Positions 63,246 through 64,000 of a stretch of 64,000 nt of DNA are shown here, piece by piece (position 1 is the stretch's first letter; each line of letters opens with the position of its first letter). This DNA is from Saccostrea echinata (Eukaryota). The position numbers and the translations under genes are program-made. Under the pieces are notes generated by a model, which did no database searches, was not told the DNA's origin, and saw only the letters and a program-made list of their open reading frames with translations. The stretch lies in NCBI RefSeq assembly GCF_033153115.1, contig NW_026889779.1, forward strand, positions 19,964,001 through 20,028,000, given 5' to 3'.

Positions 63246-64000
63246 AGAAATTAAATTTGTATGTACTTTGATCTGTAATGTTTTAAAGTTGTGTCCAATG
63301 TATCAGAGCAGGTTCTGGATAGATACCATTGGGAATGAAAGGAATCTTGTAAATTCAGGTGTTGCACAGTTACTCATTGTTTACAAAAAATGTCAATCAA
63401 TTGAATTGGCTCAATGTAGCAATAGAATTAAGTGACATTAAGTTATTAGCTTGGAACAGATGGAAATGTGTAAATGATGAATAGTATCATATTTTCCAAT
63501 ATAATTTTGCTGGTGGCAGTTTTCACTAGATCAATGTGGGCTTTTATTGTTTCTATTTTCCTGCTGGTAGTACATGTAACACCTTTGTAAATATTAAACA
63601 TTTTGTTAATTGGATATGATACTAATATATCAAGTTCAGAAGTACTTAATTGTATGCATGGAGCACTCTGCTAGAGAATTCAGTCGAAAAGTAACCTTTA
63701 AAGGGCGGGAAAATGGAAATTCAACTTTCTATGCAGCTTTCAGATTTGAGAAGCATATTTGAAAATGAAAAAAAAAAACACAAACCAAAAAAAATGTTGC
63801 ATGCATTGGTATTTATTTTTTGACTGATTTTGAATAGAAATGACATAAATAATAAAAATTCCTAAAAGATATTATAAAATTCATAGGTTTTCTTTGGTGT
63901 TCAAACATGAAACTCTGTTCCATTTTCTATAAAAATCTACAAATTTTTGCACACATTTTATGTCATTGACATTATAACAAAATCTTATGAAATTTCAGCA

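Noticed and set aside
54340-64000. Short 60-90 aa ORFs in the right-hand 10 kb
   Set aside because: They are low-complexity AT-rich translations with no recognisable motifs or consistent splice phases.

Overview
AT-rich eukaryotic (animal) genomic DNA. The repeat families suggest a bivalve, most likely an oyster; this is inference. Three spliced genes can be reconstructed with consistent intron phases: an uncharacterised 10-exon WD40 protein (minus strand, 15387-29843), SETD6 head-to-head with it (plus strand, 30196-38492) and the nuclear-envelope fusion gene brambleberry (Kar5/GEX1 family; minus strand, 43405-54119). A fourth gene encodes a Ser/Thr-rich single-pass membrane protein with a 4.1/FERM-type GTY motif and a PDZ-type C-terminus; its 3' exons at 11402-13200 are solid and its 5' exons are tentative. 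The first 9 kb hold decayed Naiad-type Penelope-like retroelements (N-terminal GIY-YIG endonuclease, CxC linker, C-terminal RT, pseudo-LTR) with a recurrent 3' RNA module that shows compensatory base changes. Introns are packed with Helentron/HINE (pearl-like) elements, hAT-, mariner- and Kolobok-type MITEs, a tRNA-Deu SINE and minisatellites. The most interesting signals are: (i) the covarying Naiad 3' RNA structure; (ii) four independent tandem duplications of splice junctions in one gene, which create decoy splice sites; (iii) two genes whose exon blocks are bracketed by inverted copies of the same transposon, making them circRNA or exon-skipping candidates (in frame for brambleberry). All calls were made by eye; no database search or folding was run.
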